Source: Dicyema japonicum
Taxonomy: Eukaryota; Animalia; Dicyemida
Direction of reading: 5' to 3'
Assembly: GCA_011109175.1 (NCBI GenBank)
Contig: RDEW01000001.1
Coordinates: 1,750,360 to 1,814,359 of the forward strand
DNA: 64,000 nucleotides
Numbering within the stretch: position 1 is the stretch's first letter; each line of letters begins with the position of its first letter. The notes under the pieces were generated by a model. It was not told where the DNA came from. It ran no database searches and saw only the letters and a program-made list of their open reading frames with translations. Of the stretch, positions 1 to 12,199 are shown piece by piece. The position numbers and the translations under genes are program-made.

Positions 1-739
1 AATATCCACCAATTCGGAAGACTACCTACAATTAGATTACTACCTTGGTATGATTATTCGGATACCACTCTCACAAGTTGGGTTAGTTAGTTAAGTAACC
101 CCAGCCTCACTAACTTGCAGGAGGCCAGCAGCTATTAAGTAGTACGCAGCAGATGTTGGTCGCTCCATAGATCGGTCAGTTCCGGCATTGTAGAGAAATG
201 TTGTGCCACAAGTTGGGTGGAAGGTGAGGTTAACCATTATAGCATGTTGTATAACTGCGGTAACTAATTAGAACGAATTAAAGCCTTTGCAGAATGAAAA
301 TTATTTTGGTCGAGTAAAAAAATATTTATTATAACAAAAAATGTGAAATTTATGGTTATGGAGAGTGTTGATAGTAATCGCCGAGACGGAAGGCACTCAA
401 TATATGATACACTATGAAGATCACTAACAGAATTTTATACAACTTATGTATCACCGAAACACTGTCAATGGAAATCAGAAAAACGAGACTGTTCGGTCAC
501 AATATGAGGATGGAGATGGACGTACCAGCAAATCGTATGATGGAGGAAAATTTCATGGGTTAAGGAAGATTATTCTGAGGAAAACCCAGGACAAATCTAC
601 CTCCGAGTTAAATGAAAAGTTAAAAGGGGTCGGCAGAAAGCTAAAAACGGCCGTCAGTTTCGATTAATTGGGAAAACTTGAGAAAAATGAAGATCTTGTG
701 GAGACTAATAAAAACAGGTGAAAACAGACTGGTGAAAAC

Positions 740-850
740 AGGGAACCTTTACAAAGTCCACATATCAAATTAAAAAAAACTAAGATTTATATTTTTGTTA
801 GTTGAAGAAGCTAAATTTGGCTATTTTATAATCCAATTCGGTTGATCTAC
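740..850 (+). repeat. Diverged fragment of the La-module cassette 3' region
   Basis: AAGATTTATATTTTTGTTAGTTGAAGAAGCTAAATTTGGCTATTT (about 783-827) resembles AAGATTTATATTTTTGGTGATTGAAAAAGCAAGATTTGGTTATTT at about 3935-3980. Confidence 0.45.
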
Positions 851-1144
851 TGCGACAGGTTCAAAATTTGCTTTCCTTTAATTTTCTAAAATAGTAGTTT
901 ATTGAAATTGTGGAAATCTTGCTAACTTGATTTTAGGTTTGATTCGCATTTCACTGCCTACCTGGTCAAGGATATTTTACCGCTCATTGCCTTTTTCAAA
1001 TTCTAAGGGCGGCATGAAATCCGCCTGTCTCAGAAGACGCCAGTGATTATCGGAAATTCAAAAAAGACCTCTCTTCCAATAATTACGAAGCAATTTAATT
1101 TGTAAAAGATTAGAATCCCGAAAAACTTCCTTGATTAAGGATGT

Positions 1145-2340
1145 ACTTGTAAGTAATATAGAGTAGTCATCGGATCTCTAACGTGGGAGGTGGATAATTG
1201 GTTCTTAACTTCTTTATCGGTGTATCCAGGATAATTAAAAATACCAATAGACACTATACCATTTAATATTAATAGAAAATCTAATTTAACTAAAATAATA
1301 TAAAATATATATTAATTTAAATTATGGTAATTCTTTACTAAATTAAAAAATTAATCAAAAAATTGTAAGAAATTAGCATTATATAAATGGATAGTAATTA
1401 ATGTCCGACTATAAAAGACCATAATATTCACAATGTCAGGTTGTTCGACGGCGGGCAATACGGTATTCTCTAGGAATGTCTTATAGAGCGCCGCTGCCGG
1501 AAAGAGAATACCCTGATTTTAGGGACCCGGAGGAAGTGATCAAAAAGATTCTGAAATTAAGCTAAAGAAGGAGGCACGAAAGACAAAAGAGATAGCAAAC
1601 AATCAGTGGGGGTTCCGTAAAAATAGAGGAACTGAAGACTGCATCCGGGAACTTAGGAAGTCAATTCAAGAATCTATAAGTAAGAAAGAATACCTTACTG
1701 CAACGTGTTTGGACATATCCAAGGCTTTTGACTGTGTCTGGCATGAAGGACTTCTCGAGACATTGTCAAAGGCGAACATTGGAAAGTCGGCGCTCTCCAC
1801 AAGGTTCAATTTTGAGTCCCCTCCTCTTCAACTGTATAATGAGCGAGGTGCCAAAACCGGAACACATCAATACCAAAATGATAATTTATGCAGACGACAA
1901 TATAATTTTGGAAACTAGTATGAATAAATCAATATCATGGAAAAGAACAATAGCTCATATGTCGAAAATCGGAGATTGGTGTCGGAATAATGGATTGACA
2001 TTATCAGGAGAAAAAAGTTCTGTAACCTGGATAGCGAGAAATAGGAGGAATCAATATGTTGATACAGGGAATGTTAAATTCTCGGATGTTATCTGTTATC
2101 TATCAATGTCAGGTTACGAAGTCTTCTATAATTTAGATTCAAATCATTCAATTGAAAAATACAATTCATTATTGTAATAAAATTCCAACTGGAGTATTAT
2201 TTTTCCGAGTTGTAATTATTTGTTTACTTTAGGTAAAATTTGATAAGGGACACATATTCAAACAATTAATGGATCTCAAGTATTCGTTGATATACAAGAA
2301 ATGATAAAATTCAAAAAAATGCAATCACTCAATGCAGAAT
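1145..2340 (+). pseudogene. La-module (LARP4-like) cassette copy C1: upstream region plus La motif exons, interrupted by an RT fragment
   Basis: Collinear with 55268-55815. Encodes a degenerate KFQLEYYFSE..NLIRDTY..LMD..FVDIQEMIKFKKMQSLNA with the 24-nt intron GTTGTAATTATTTGTTTACTTTAG retained. Confidence 0.7.
1443..2103 (+). mobile_element. Internal jockey/CR1-like LINE reverse transcriptase fragment flanked by a 12-bp direct repeat
   Basis: QWGFR, CLDISKAFDCVWH, PQGSILSPLLFN and YADD motifs. CAATGTCAGGTT at 1431-1442 and 2104-2115. Empty sites occur at about 2955 and 55580. Confidence 0.85.
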
Positions 2341-2900
2341 TTGGTTGACGAGGACACAATTACGTGCAAGACTATACAATGCCCTTCTTGAAACCGGTCC
2401 TAGTGTACAACGCTGCAACCTGGGGAGCCTCACAAGCGGTAATGGACAAACTAGATGCCTTCCATCTAAACAATTTCGATTGTTGCTTAGCATCAACTGG
2501 CCAAAAAAATTACAAACAAAAATCTATACAATATATGTAGTGCAAAACCATGTCTGGATATCCCTGAATCAAGATAGCGTCTATTTGGTCACATAATTCG
2601 GATGAGGCAGATGACGCCTGCTAAAATAGCAATGGAGAACTATTTCTGCCCAGAAGTGAATATTTCGTTCCGTGGAAGACCTCGCATAACATTGCCAGAG
2701 ATTCTACACAAGGACCTGACCAATGTAAGACGAAAGCTGAAAAAGGAGATGATTTGGATACGCTCAGAATAATTTCCAGTAAGCGTGGAGCATGGTAGTT
2801 AAAAGAATTGTGGGAAAATAATAACCTGAAGAACAACACGGCACAAGTGGACCTTAATTAAATGAATTACTTTTTTGATTCTTCGAGAGTGCTATTAATA
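2341..2900 (+). mobile_element. RTE-like LINE, 5'-truncated 3' portion
   Basis: RLYNAL..PVLVYNAATWG, LFGHIIRM and FRGRPRITLPEILHKDL across frameshifts, ending in a TAA-repeat-like tail. Confidence 0.75.
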
Positions 2901-2902
2901 AT

Positions 2903-4732
2903 AATATGTCTGACTATAAAAGAGGCGGTAAGAGAACGAACCATAATATTCACAATGTCAGGTTGTAAACTCTTCTATAATTTAGATTCAAATCATTCAA
3001 TAGAAAAATTATAATTCATTATTGGAAATAATAAAATTCCAACTGGAGTATTATAGAGTTGTAATTATTTGTTTACTTTAGGGAAAACCTGATTAGAGAC
3101 ACATATTTCACAAATTTAATGGATCTTCATGGGATACGTAGATATCATAAAATTCAACATAATCAAGCACAAAAAAAAATTTGAAAATACACCGTTGGCT
3201 GTTAAAAGCTATTTATTAAATACGTCAACTAAAATTAAATCATGTGAAACTGGCATAAAAAAAACATCCAGATGCCAAATAAGACAACTATAAAAATTCC
3301 TTATAATTTAAGCACAAAGAATTATGAAAGTCGATACTTTTCCCAAGCGGAATAACTGAGCAGCACTGCAAAAAGGCCATCAAAACAGGTTCCGTTAGGA
3401 ATCTACTATAAAGATTCCGTTTAGTTTGAACACAGAGGAGGTAGAGTAAGCATTAATTTTAGGAATTATGGGAGTCAATACTATTCTCATGGGGAATAAC
3501 TGAGCAGCATTGCAAAAAAGCCATCAAAACCGGTTAGTATAATTGGGAGTTATACACCGACGAAATTTTATCCGCGAGGGATTCTGTAAATAAACTCAGG
3601 GAATACAAGGTAATTATTGTAAATATTTTAGTCAAAACTTTTGGAGATACGAAATCCAGCGCAGAAACACACAGAAAATAAGTGTCAGAAAATATAAAAA
3701 CAGGAGAAATAATAATGAAAAAAGATATAAGAATATAGCATAGAAATAATTGACATTGTAGATTGTCTATAATACAAAGACTGGGATACGAATGTATTAA
3801 CAATAAAAAATCGATTGTATTATCGAACAAATACAACAAACTATGATGTAATTAAGAATCCATTGATCAACAACAAAATATGATGTAATTAAAAAATCCT
3901 CACATGACCAAGTACCATAAAATATCTACATATCAAGATTTATATTTTTGGTGATTGAAAAAGCAAGATTTGGTTATTTCCCTCGGTAACTTTATCTGTT
4001 GCAATAATAGCTTATCCAATTGGTCTCCTTAGCGATTATAAGGTAAACTCCCATCAATCAATTCGACTAATATAATAATGAAAATCGGATAAATAGATCC
4101 GAAGAAACATGGATCTCATTATGACAAGAGAAGTAAATTAGTGGAAAACCATGCCTTCATACCCAATGTCTAATATAACTGGTAGGATCAATTCTATTAG
4201 ATAATTCACAAAAGACTCACTTCACTGAAAAACAATAGTTCACAAAAGGATTCATTTATTATTCTGTGTGTAAAATTCAATATTGATTGAAGCTAAAAAA
4301 TCTTCAGTATAAAATTAAATGTTGATTTAAACTAATATATATTTGTTCAATATCATGAATATGTGAAAATACATAATATAGTCTGATTAGTGCAGGAATA
4401 AAGCAAATTCACAAATTGACAGAATGTTCGACAATAACATTCTTCCAATAGCCCTCCAGCACTAATAGAAGATCAGATTTATGATATTGAAGTATATACA
4501 TAAGAAAAAACCAAAAAATAATCTCCTTGAAGATAATCAGCAGTTCATCTAAACAACAAACTAAACCACAAAAATGTGCATAACACATAATCTATTTAGA
4601 ATAGGTTACCACATTATAAATTTTAAATTTAGTAAATTGGTTAAATTTTAATAAATTTTAAATTTAATAATTTGCTAAAATCTTACTGTTAATTTTTAAT
4701 CTGGCTATTATTTTTAATTAAAGTCCTCAATG
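2903..4732 (+). pseudogene. La-module cassette copy C2: La motif, two partial RRM exons and a long degenerate 3' region
   Basis: LLEIIKFQLEYY at about 3020-3055. GITEQHCKKAIKT occurs at about 3350 and 3495. The segment 3500-4732 is a near-identical inverted copy of 20854-22080. Confidence 0.75.
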
Positions 4733-4750
4733 GATTCCATTCCCTTCACT

Positions 4751-4826
4751 GGTTGGTCGAATGCTTCTCTTTCCTCTGTACCCTACTCACTTGGTCGAAT
4801 GCTTCTCTTTCCTCTGTACCATACTC
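4751..4826. repeat. 38-bp tandem duplication
   Basis: TTGGTCGAATGCTTCTCTTTCCTCTGTACC(C/A)TACTC.. twice, immediately upstream of a family A SINE core. Confidence 0.9.
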
Positions 4827-4832
4827 TCCTTT

Positions 4833-4960
4833 ATTCCACTAGAGTGGTGTCCACCGTATCAAGTAACGTCCAGTGTCATGATGGTGTGCAAAAGGATATT
4901 TGTTTTCCCTCATTCATTGGAAAGTTTCCGCAACTGCATGGACTGGACGTTTTCATCTTT
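4833..4960 (+). mobile_element. SINE-like family A, degenerate monomer
   Basis: TAGAGTGGTGTC..CCACC..AAAAGGATATTTG..TTTCCGCAACTGCATG matches 26710-26822. Confidence 0.55.
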
Positions 4961-5079
4961 TTCGTTGGTTCTTAGTACTTGTGTGTGACATTGGAAAGTC
5001 TTCACCTTTCTGGATCGTGAAATTAAATTAATTAAACCAAAGAATACTTAATTTATCCAAAAAAAGAACCATCTGGTTA

Positions 5080-6190
5080 TTTTCCTTCCAGAAGTCCCCG
5101 CAGTTCTCAGCTTGCCGAACAATACACTCTGCCCGACGCAATACCACAAGAGACTGATCTTAGTTCATCAACTGAATGTAACTGAGATCAAAGGGAGGAT
5201 TATTTAAAGACAAATTTGCTGTTTATCAAAGAGTATCCTTCGATGATTAATTTACTGAAAAGCCTGGCATGGCTCTACGAAAGATGAGAATTTGATGATG
5301 TAAGCCATGCTGGTGTTCAAGGTACTTTATAGAAGAAAATACCGAACGAACAGCACTTTTGTGACTGAAGAAGTTTTCCTCTAAGATAGACCCAGTCAAA
5401 TGTGTTGGAAATCGAATATCGAAGAAAGGGGGATATTCAAGGGAAAGTGGAATAATGTTTCTCATTATCATTAATCTTATTCACAACAAAGGGAAAGAAT
5501 AATGTTACTTCTGGAAAAGTCGAGAAGGTGAGCAATAAAGTTAGCCTTAGAGAAAAAGCTGCGTGATGTCATGAGTGCAGAAGAGGACAGGATTCTCGCC
5601 ACAGTAAAATTAATTGTGGAGAAGATGATTAATGGGATCCGACGCTTGGACTAAACTAAATGGAGATGGGGTCCGTAGGAAGTGTCCAGACCGCATAGGT
5701 GGACTCGTTACTGTTTCGAATAAAGTGTTTTCGGTGTGTCCCGTGGTCCATGAGTGACGTCACCAGTTCAGCTTTCTGAGCAAATAACCTGCCTGTCCAG
5801 TAAATGGCTTTCCATGTTCAATAATTTTGTGGATAATAAATGCTTTCCACAAGCCTTTACTCATTCTTGAAGAGGAATCAGATTGGGGAAGGGTACTTTT
5901 GTACCAATCGGTTTTCTTTTGCCTTGTGTATGAACAGGCGAAGCCGGTTTCCATTTTCTCCCAGAAAAGAATCTGGATTCCTCCCGTCTCCAGTATGGGG
6001 CCCACCGTACGAATAGTTGTTCGGAAAAATGAATTATCAGTCTCCGCTTTCTACAATAAGATTACTACTTAGCTTGGTCTGAATATTAGGATACCAGTCT
6101 CACCAGTTGTTGGAAGCCGAGATGAACTCTATTGTACACTCATATACCATGATTGCATACCCGCTGCCCTTTGTGAGACCTGGGTAACTA
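5080..6190 (-). mobile_element. Decayed LINE (APE endonuclease region and linker)
   Basis: Degenerate APE-like SYGGPHTGDGRNPDSFLGENGNRL in a minus frame with many stops. Confidence 0.45.
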
Positions 6191-6339
6191 ACAAGAGACT
6201 AATTAAAGCATTTACAAAGTGAAAATTATTTAGGTAGTTTATTAAGAAAATTTGCTTAGCGAAGCGAAAAGTCTGATTTTTAGTGGAAATTTTTAAGTTC
6301 GCATTCGCCCGGGCAGAAGAAAGCTTTGGGACGCCTCTG

Positions 6340-7075
6340 CTTCTATGTCACCTTCATAAAATTTTCTAAGGTCACGTATCGCTGTCTCCAAGTATATGAC
6401 AAACAGCAAGGAGAGGAGTCCCCACTATGACTTGGTGCCAGATAGTCGTCCACTTGATCCCTGACGTGATTTAATGTAACCAACACCAAGAAGTTCAGTA
6501 GAGTATTGAGCAAGATTATCGGGCGTAGCTTTTTTATTGGGGAACTGTTAGGTTTCTGGATAAAAATTAATAGTCCGAATCGAAGGGATAAGTATTTTAT
6601 CAATTAGCACAACTGGGGGCATATTTTAGACTGAGTTGATGTTGTCTGGTCCATGAGAACGATAAATTGTACATTCTGCAGGGGGTTCTCTTTGTATTCA
6701 TTTCTGCGATTTTGTTTCTAATAACTCTCCTTATCCAAGGTTTATCTTAAATGAAAGTCCAAGTTGCTTCAGAGGGAGTTCTTTATCAATGTTGCCGATA
6801 ATCTCAATTAATTTGATAGTTTTTCTCTTTTGATGGATGCTCATAGCTGTCAAGTCCAGTATCTTCCGGGTTCTATCATGGGCTCTCTTCGCTGCAGATT
6901 TTTCATAAGACTTTATGGTTACTGTCAATCTCTTCTCCTATATACGATCTCAAAGACCGCAGGAGTCATTTTTCGTCTAAGTGGCAAATGAGTTAGTCCA
7001 CATGATTAAAGATATCGATTATTTTCTAAGTGGCAGAGATTCTTCCCCAGTCCTCTTAATGACAGCGGGGTGTTG
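6340..7075 (-). mobile_element. RTE-like LINE RT relic
   Basis: GLLIFIQKPNSSPIKKLRPIILLN, homologous to 12502-12600 and 38940-39060. Confidence 0.65.
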
Positions 7076-7584
7076 AACCAGTGCTACATAGTAAGCGGCA
7101 AAATAAGTTGGTCAGTGTTTAAATTTTTGACAAAAACCCTAAGAAAAATATTAAGAATATTTAAAATTATTGGAATTAACAAATATTATTAATTAAAAAA
7201 GAAAATGTCAATAAAATAAATAATCGTGCTGAAATGCGTCTTGTACAAATAACGAGACCTTTCTAATAATACAAAACTTAAAAAATGAAGGATGAGTTAA
7301 AAGTGTCAAGACGAGAAAGAGATCGATTAATGAACTCAATATGTACTGGTTATGTCTTTTTCGGATATTGAAACATAGAAAGAGCTCAAAATCTTTAAAG
7401 CAGCCCAAAATCCGTGATTTTTTGTATATCTGCGGGTAATATATATTCATAGTGTTGACATTTGTGGTATGTCTGCGAAATGTGAACATATAGTAGACAC
7501 TAAGCAGTTAAAGTGAAATTCAGACTTATCAATCGATTTCGAGAAATGGAGCACACATGAGAAAAAATCCACAAGAGTAAGTTC

Positions 7585-7925
7585 ACTTGACATTAAATAT
7601 TGATTAGAATAAACATAAAAGAAAATTAAAATCCAATATTGATTGAAAATAATATAAAAGGAAAATCATGAAACAAATATGATTTTTCAACATCATATAA
7701 GATCATATAAGAATATGTAATATATAGTCTGATTAGTGAAGAATAAAGCAAATTTCAGAAGTTGGCAGAATGTTCGACAGTAGCCAATAGCCCTACAGCA
7801 CAAACAGAAGATCAGATATATGATATTGAAGTATGTAAGAAAAAACTAATAATGTATTTAAAATAGGTTTACCATAATATAATAATTTTAAATTTAATAA
7901 ATTGTTTAAATTTTAAATTTTAATT
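7585..7925 (+). repeat. La-module cassette copy C3 (3' region only, more diverged)
   Basis: ATATAGTCTGATTAGTG..GAATAAAGCAAATT..CAGAATGTTCGACA..CCAATAGCCCT..AGAAGATCAGAT..ATGATATTGAAGTAT matches 4375-4500. Confidence 0.75.
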
Positions 7926-7929
7926 CCTT

Positions 7930-8220
7930 ATATCAATGTGGGTCCGGGCGTGACTATTCTGAATACAAAGAATTCCAGGATGGAACCATGAACTCTCTAC
8001 GTCAATTAGACTCGGCAAAGACCGCACGTGTCTTCTGCAGTAACTTGGACTCTCGCCTAGAATTCCAAAACAAAAGATAAAGAGGAGCAACGATTCGGGA
8101 GGTCTGCACCCGAACATTTTGCTGTCTCTAAAGTCTGTATGGCACAGGTGCACATGAAGTCTCGAATTTTCACTAGCTTCTGTTTTGGGTGGTGGGAGAT
8201 ATCCCGGAGTAAGGACTCCT
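7930..8220 (-). mobile_element. Possible LINE 3' end relic
   Basis: RREFMVPSWNSL resembles the conserved W-N-S-L C-terminus of CR1/jockey ORF2. Confidence 0.3.
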
Positions 8221-8313
8221 TTCAGTCAACTCGTTCTTGCCGGTAAAATGTTCCGGTTCGTTAATGTTTGTGAATTAAACAATAAACTGCTAAACCAAAA
8301 AGTAACTGTAAAA

Positions 8314-8779
8314 TCAATCTTTCTGATCGTGAGTACGCAAAAATAGTTTCCGCATTTTCATTCTACGATTTTGAAACCATATTTTGATTTGCTTCTCTGA
8401 AAGTCGGAGTTGTCGAGAGATTTCCCACCTTTTTTCGCGGGAGAGGTATCGATTGTTATCAAACTCTGATTCCAGGACCAAAATCTGGGATCTCGAATAT
8501 GGTTTCCGTTTTTTGGATTCCTGCTTCAATTCTAAGTAATTTCCATGAAAAACCGTTTTTAAAACTTTCGGGACATTTCGGTATGTACTGTTTGTCGTAA
8601 TTATGGTCCCCCATGTAGTTTTCCTGGCCATATGACGAGTAGTGGTCGTAATAGTAGTAGCCCTCATTCATGTAAGGGTCAGAGTACAAGTCGAAATAGG
8701 GACAGTAGGGGAACTCGTTGGGGTCTTCAGTTCCTCCGTTCATCCGGTTGACGAAATATGCGAAATTTGGATTGTTCAT
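8314..8779 (-). CDS. Post2: Posterior Hox homeodomain protein, Post2-like (2 exons)
   Basis: Homeodomain [56 protein letters not shown] shares KKRKPY, VLE and KRWEIS with spiralian Post2. A Tyr-rich N-terminal exon joins in frame through an intron at 8532-8553 (22 nt) or 8532-8565 (34 nt). The start codon is uncertain. Confidence 0.85.
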
Positions 8780-9639
8780 GTCCTTAGATGAAATACTAAA
8801 ACCAACCAAACCATGAAACAGGTCGCATAATTATTTCGAGTCGGCAATAAATACATGTTGTTATCAGATCAGTCGACTTCCGTGTGTATGGCGTAAGTTG
8901 ATTCGTGGAATTGATCGGAATAAATCGCAAGGCTTAAACTGCTCTTGTTTGTTGTTCTTATCTCTGCTTCTGTCATTAGTGACACCGAGGTGCGGATGTG
9001 TCAACCATTAAATGAGTCACTTTGAACTTTATACTGAAAATATCTAAACAGCTCGATTAGTGTGACAAACGCGAGTTTTCAGTTCCTGTCGTTAATCACT
9101 GTTTATAATCTCAGCTTACTAGTAGCCTTGTTCTCTTCTAATTGTCTTGGGTCATTCGTGGCTGAGGGAGAAAAACTGCGTCCCCCAAAATCCTCATTCT
9201 ACTAGAAAGTCTTGTCTTTGATTATGGTAGGGCTCCTCTGCTGTTGAGATGGAAGAAAATTCTGCATCTCCCAAAGAAACCATTCTCATTTTCCAAGCAA
9301 GTCTTAAATTGTTTGATTATTCAAGATTTTATCGAAGTTGCCAAGTTTTGAAGCAAATGTTGGGCTAACATTATCTCATGAGAAAATCTAGTAATTATGC
9401 GGAAATGGACTTGGCTAATTTTTAAAGTATAATAAACAAAGATTTATCAAAATAATGAATTTACTACATTATTTTAAATTTGGTGAGAATTCACAGTGAA
9501 ATAGCAGGAACATTCAATATTGCAAATGAGTGTCATCAAACTTTTTCGGCGTTGGCCGGATTTGTCCAGAAAATGCTGGTTATGAGATTTTTTCATGCAA
9601 CTTCAAAGTGTCGAGACCAACAATTTCATGCGAAAACTC

Positions 9640-9705
9640 GACCAGGTTCCTAGGATGTCGTGCTTATAACTCAATGGTCCATGGGTTCGATTCCTCGCTG
9701 ACTAG
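9640..9705 (+). mobile_element. tRNA-like head fragment of SINE family B
   Basis: B-box GGGTTCGATTCC followed by TCGCTG, as at 60570-60585 and on the minus strand at about 56980-56995. Confidence 0.4.
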
Positions 9706-9974
9706 TTCCTTCCCACTGAAGTAATGAGCTATAACAACAATATTGATTTTTCTCGAAATGCCGTAAAAGTTTTTACATGTCAAAATGCTTGCTTTAAAAT
9801 GACGACAGCACTAAATTATATCTCCAATATGAGCTCTGTGATTGTTTGGGAGATAATGATTTCATGATGGAGTAGTGAAATTTTTATTTAATAATCCCAA
9901 TATACCAGAAAGAGGTTAAGGGTTACACTAAAGTATATACAGTTACCACAATCGAAGTAAGGAGCAAGTCCGTC

Positions 9975-10075
9975 CATATCCGCAGTTGTGTGAACCCTGT
10001 TGTATCCCGACTAGAGATTCTGTTTGGATCTTTACTAGGCACTTAACGTGGATCACATGACGCCTATAAGCATGG
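9975..10075 (-). mobile_element. SINE-like family A, degenerate core
   Basis: Minus strand reads GGCGTCATGTGATCCACGTTAAGTG..AAAGATCCA. Confidence 0.55.
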
Positions 10076-10295
10076 ACGGTGGATGACATCAGAAACTCCA
10101 AATTCTGCCCAAAGGAAGTGTCAAATGAATCCTTTCCTAATATAACCCATTAAGTCATTAAGAGCACGAATTACCCTACTACCCCACCTTCCAAACTAAA
10201 TGCACTCCTACAGTCAACGATACCCTCCAATCACCAATATTCACAAAATCAAAAAATGACTTAATATTATTAGAATAATAAAGTACCACGTTAGC

Positions 10296-11964
10296 CTACA
10301 ATGCTTTAAGATTTCTACTAAGATAGTCCCTACAAATAAACAACTCATTGACCAGTTGACCACCATCATCTTCTGCACGGTCGTCAATGCCTGTTGGTAG
10401 AGAGTCTCGTCACTATTCTTCAAATACTCCAAAATTAGTGCCTTCCCTCCCAATTTGTCAACAACTCTACTTTCTCACAAAACCATTACGATTTCCCCAT
10501 CGGATACGACGAAACGTAGTTCCCAATGTCGTGGATAGCCACCGCAGTCGTCACCTGATCCTCATTTGTCCTTATCATCTCAATAAGAGCCCTATCTTCA
10601 ATGTTTCATCTACTTTAGTATGGAATAGTCATTCTCGTTGAATTTCGCTGCATTCTCAGCCCAGAACCTGTCACTTGTGTGCACTGGCGTCCACTCCAAT
10701 CGACGGGACCGTACCTCCGTACAGTACTCGTCGAAAGAGCTGATGTTCTGGATAAACTGCTTCAGAGTCTCAGTCAGGAACTCCTTGTCCTCGTTCAGGT
10801 CTTCGTCATCGTAAGTTTTCTCCTCAATCAGTTCCATTGTTCGAATAACACGTGGCTGAAGATCGTCAACAAAATATCCCGGGATATTTTAGAGTCCACG
10901 TCGATGGTCATCAAATTCTTGCTTTATGGATCAAATTACTCTGAAAAGAGCCAAGGTCACGCGGATCACCTTTTCCTTTACAGCCAGGCCAAGAATACTC
11001 CCAATCGTAGAGATTAGTCCACTCTTGCTAGATTTAAAAGCAAAAGTACTCCAAAGCGATCGCCAATGCTGTCTTCTTGGTGAAAGAGAGCTGCCAAAGG
11101 CAATAGATAAGCTGGTACTGAACCTGGAAGCTGCACTTGGAGGCCAGAGCTTGTCGAGCACTAGTTTAAGAAGAATAATGAATACGTTCTTATAAACTTG
11201 CATTCTACCATCATTAACCGATACTTCTCGACATTTAGGAGATTCTGGATACATTTTATAAGGGGGGATAAAAAGCAGTTCTACAGTGTTAAAGAATCCT
11301 TACTGCATTTCTCAGTCGAAGATTTAAAGAGTCAAAGAATCTTACTTTTTCAGAATTCGTAATAGAATCTTCATCACTAAGAATTATTTTTTGCAAAATT
11401 TTGGCGCTCTATTTATTAAGTTTAGGTTCGCCAACCTGAACATAGATAAACTGATCATCACGGTTAAGCATATCTGAGAAATAGCTAAATGGCGTTTCTT
11501 TGTTCAAAAAACAGAATGAACAGATAAATCCACATCTTTCGGGCTTTTCCTAAAATAAAAGGGAACCATACTTCGAGCAAGTCGTCAAGGACCGTCAAAA
11601 TGTATTTCAAGGTTTCCTGTATTCCAATTTTTTGCAAAATTGTTAAAAATGTAATTGCACACTAAAAATAAAAATTTAAATTAATTAGAGAATAAATACA
11701 ATACTTACCTGACTTGAATTTTGTGTGATGTATAGATCCCTTTCACGTGGGTCTTTGAGCTCATCCAATTCCATCATGAGACAGTAATCGCCTTGGTCAA
11801 TGGAATTTATTCTAGTTGATTAGACGATTTACTCATAGTAGGACTTCCAGTCAATCTCCAACGTTCTGATACGGTCCACGTTCTCCTGGTACATCATAAT
11901 GTCAGAAATATCTTAATTTGACATATTTGTTACTCTCAAACGTTTCAGGGTTTTGGTTAGCCAT
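10296..11964 (-). CDS. ATP6V1H: V-type proton ATPase subunit H (12 clear introns plus one frame anomaly)
   Basis: Spliced product includes IDWKSYY, ETLKYILTVLDDLL, KCSFQVQYQLIYCLWQLSF, AVKEKVIRV, YDDEDL, LEWTPVHTSDRFWAENA, AVAIHDIGNYV and ALTTVQKMMV. Intron lengths are 22, 21, 47, 22, 27, 23, 25, 22, 22, 22, 23 and 23 nt. A 1-nt frame discrepancy near 10850-10862 needs either a missing base or a 44-nt intron. Confidence 0.93.
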
Positions 11965-12199
11965 TCCACCACAAGAAGATACCACAAAATAATCTTCGTT
12001 TATTTAAATTAATTATTTGATTTTTATATTTAATTATTGCTTTAAGCTGAAATTGATTTTTTAATTAATATTCAATTTCCGTTTATAGCTTAAAAATTTA
12101 GCGTTAATATTCATTTCCGTTTATAGCTGATTAAAAAAAATTTGGAAACGCCCAGAGGGCACCTAATACCCACTGAAAAGGGAGCTTTAGATCCTCTTT

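Noticed and set aside
446-667. Short ORFs in the six-frame track as independent genes
   Set aside because: Most are shadows of LINE or transposase relics, or unspliced fragments of the genes above. This one has no recognisable motif.
1145-4732. Helitron or TIR signature for the La cassette
   Set aside because: No 5' TC with 3' hairpin-CTRR, no TIRs and no TSD were seen at the inferred ends. The mechanism is left open.
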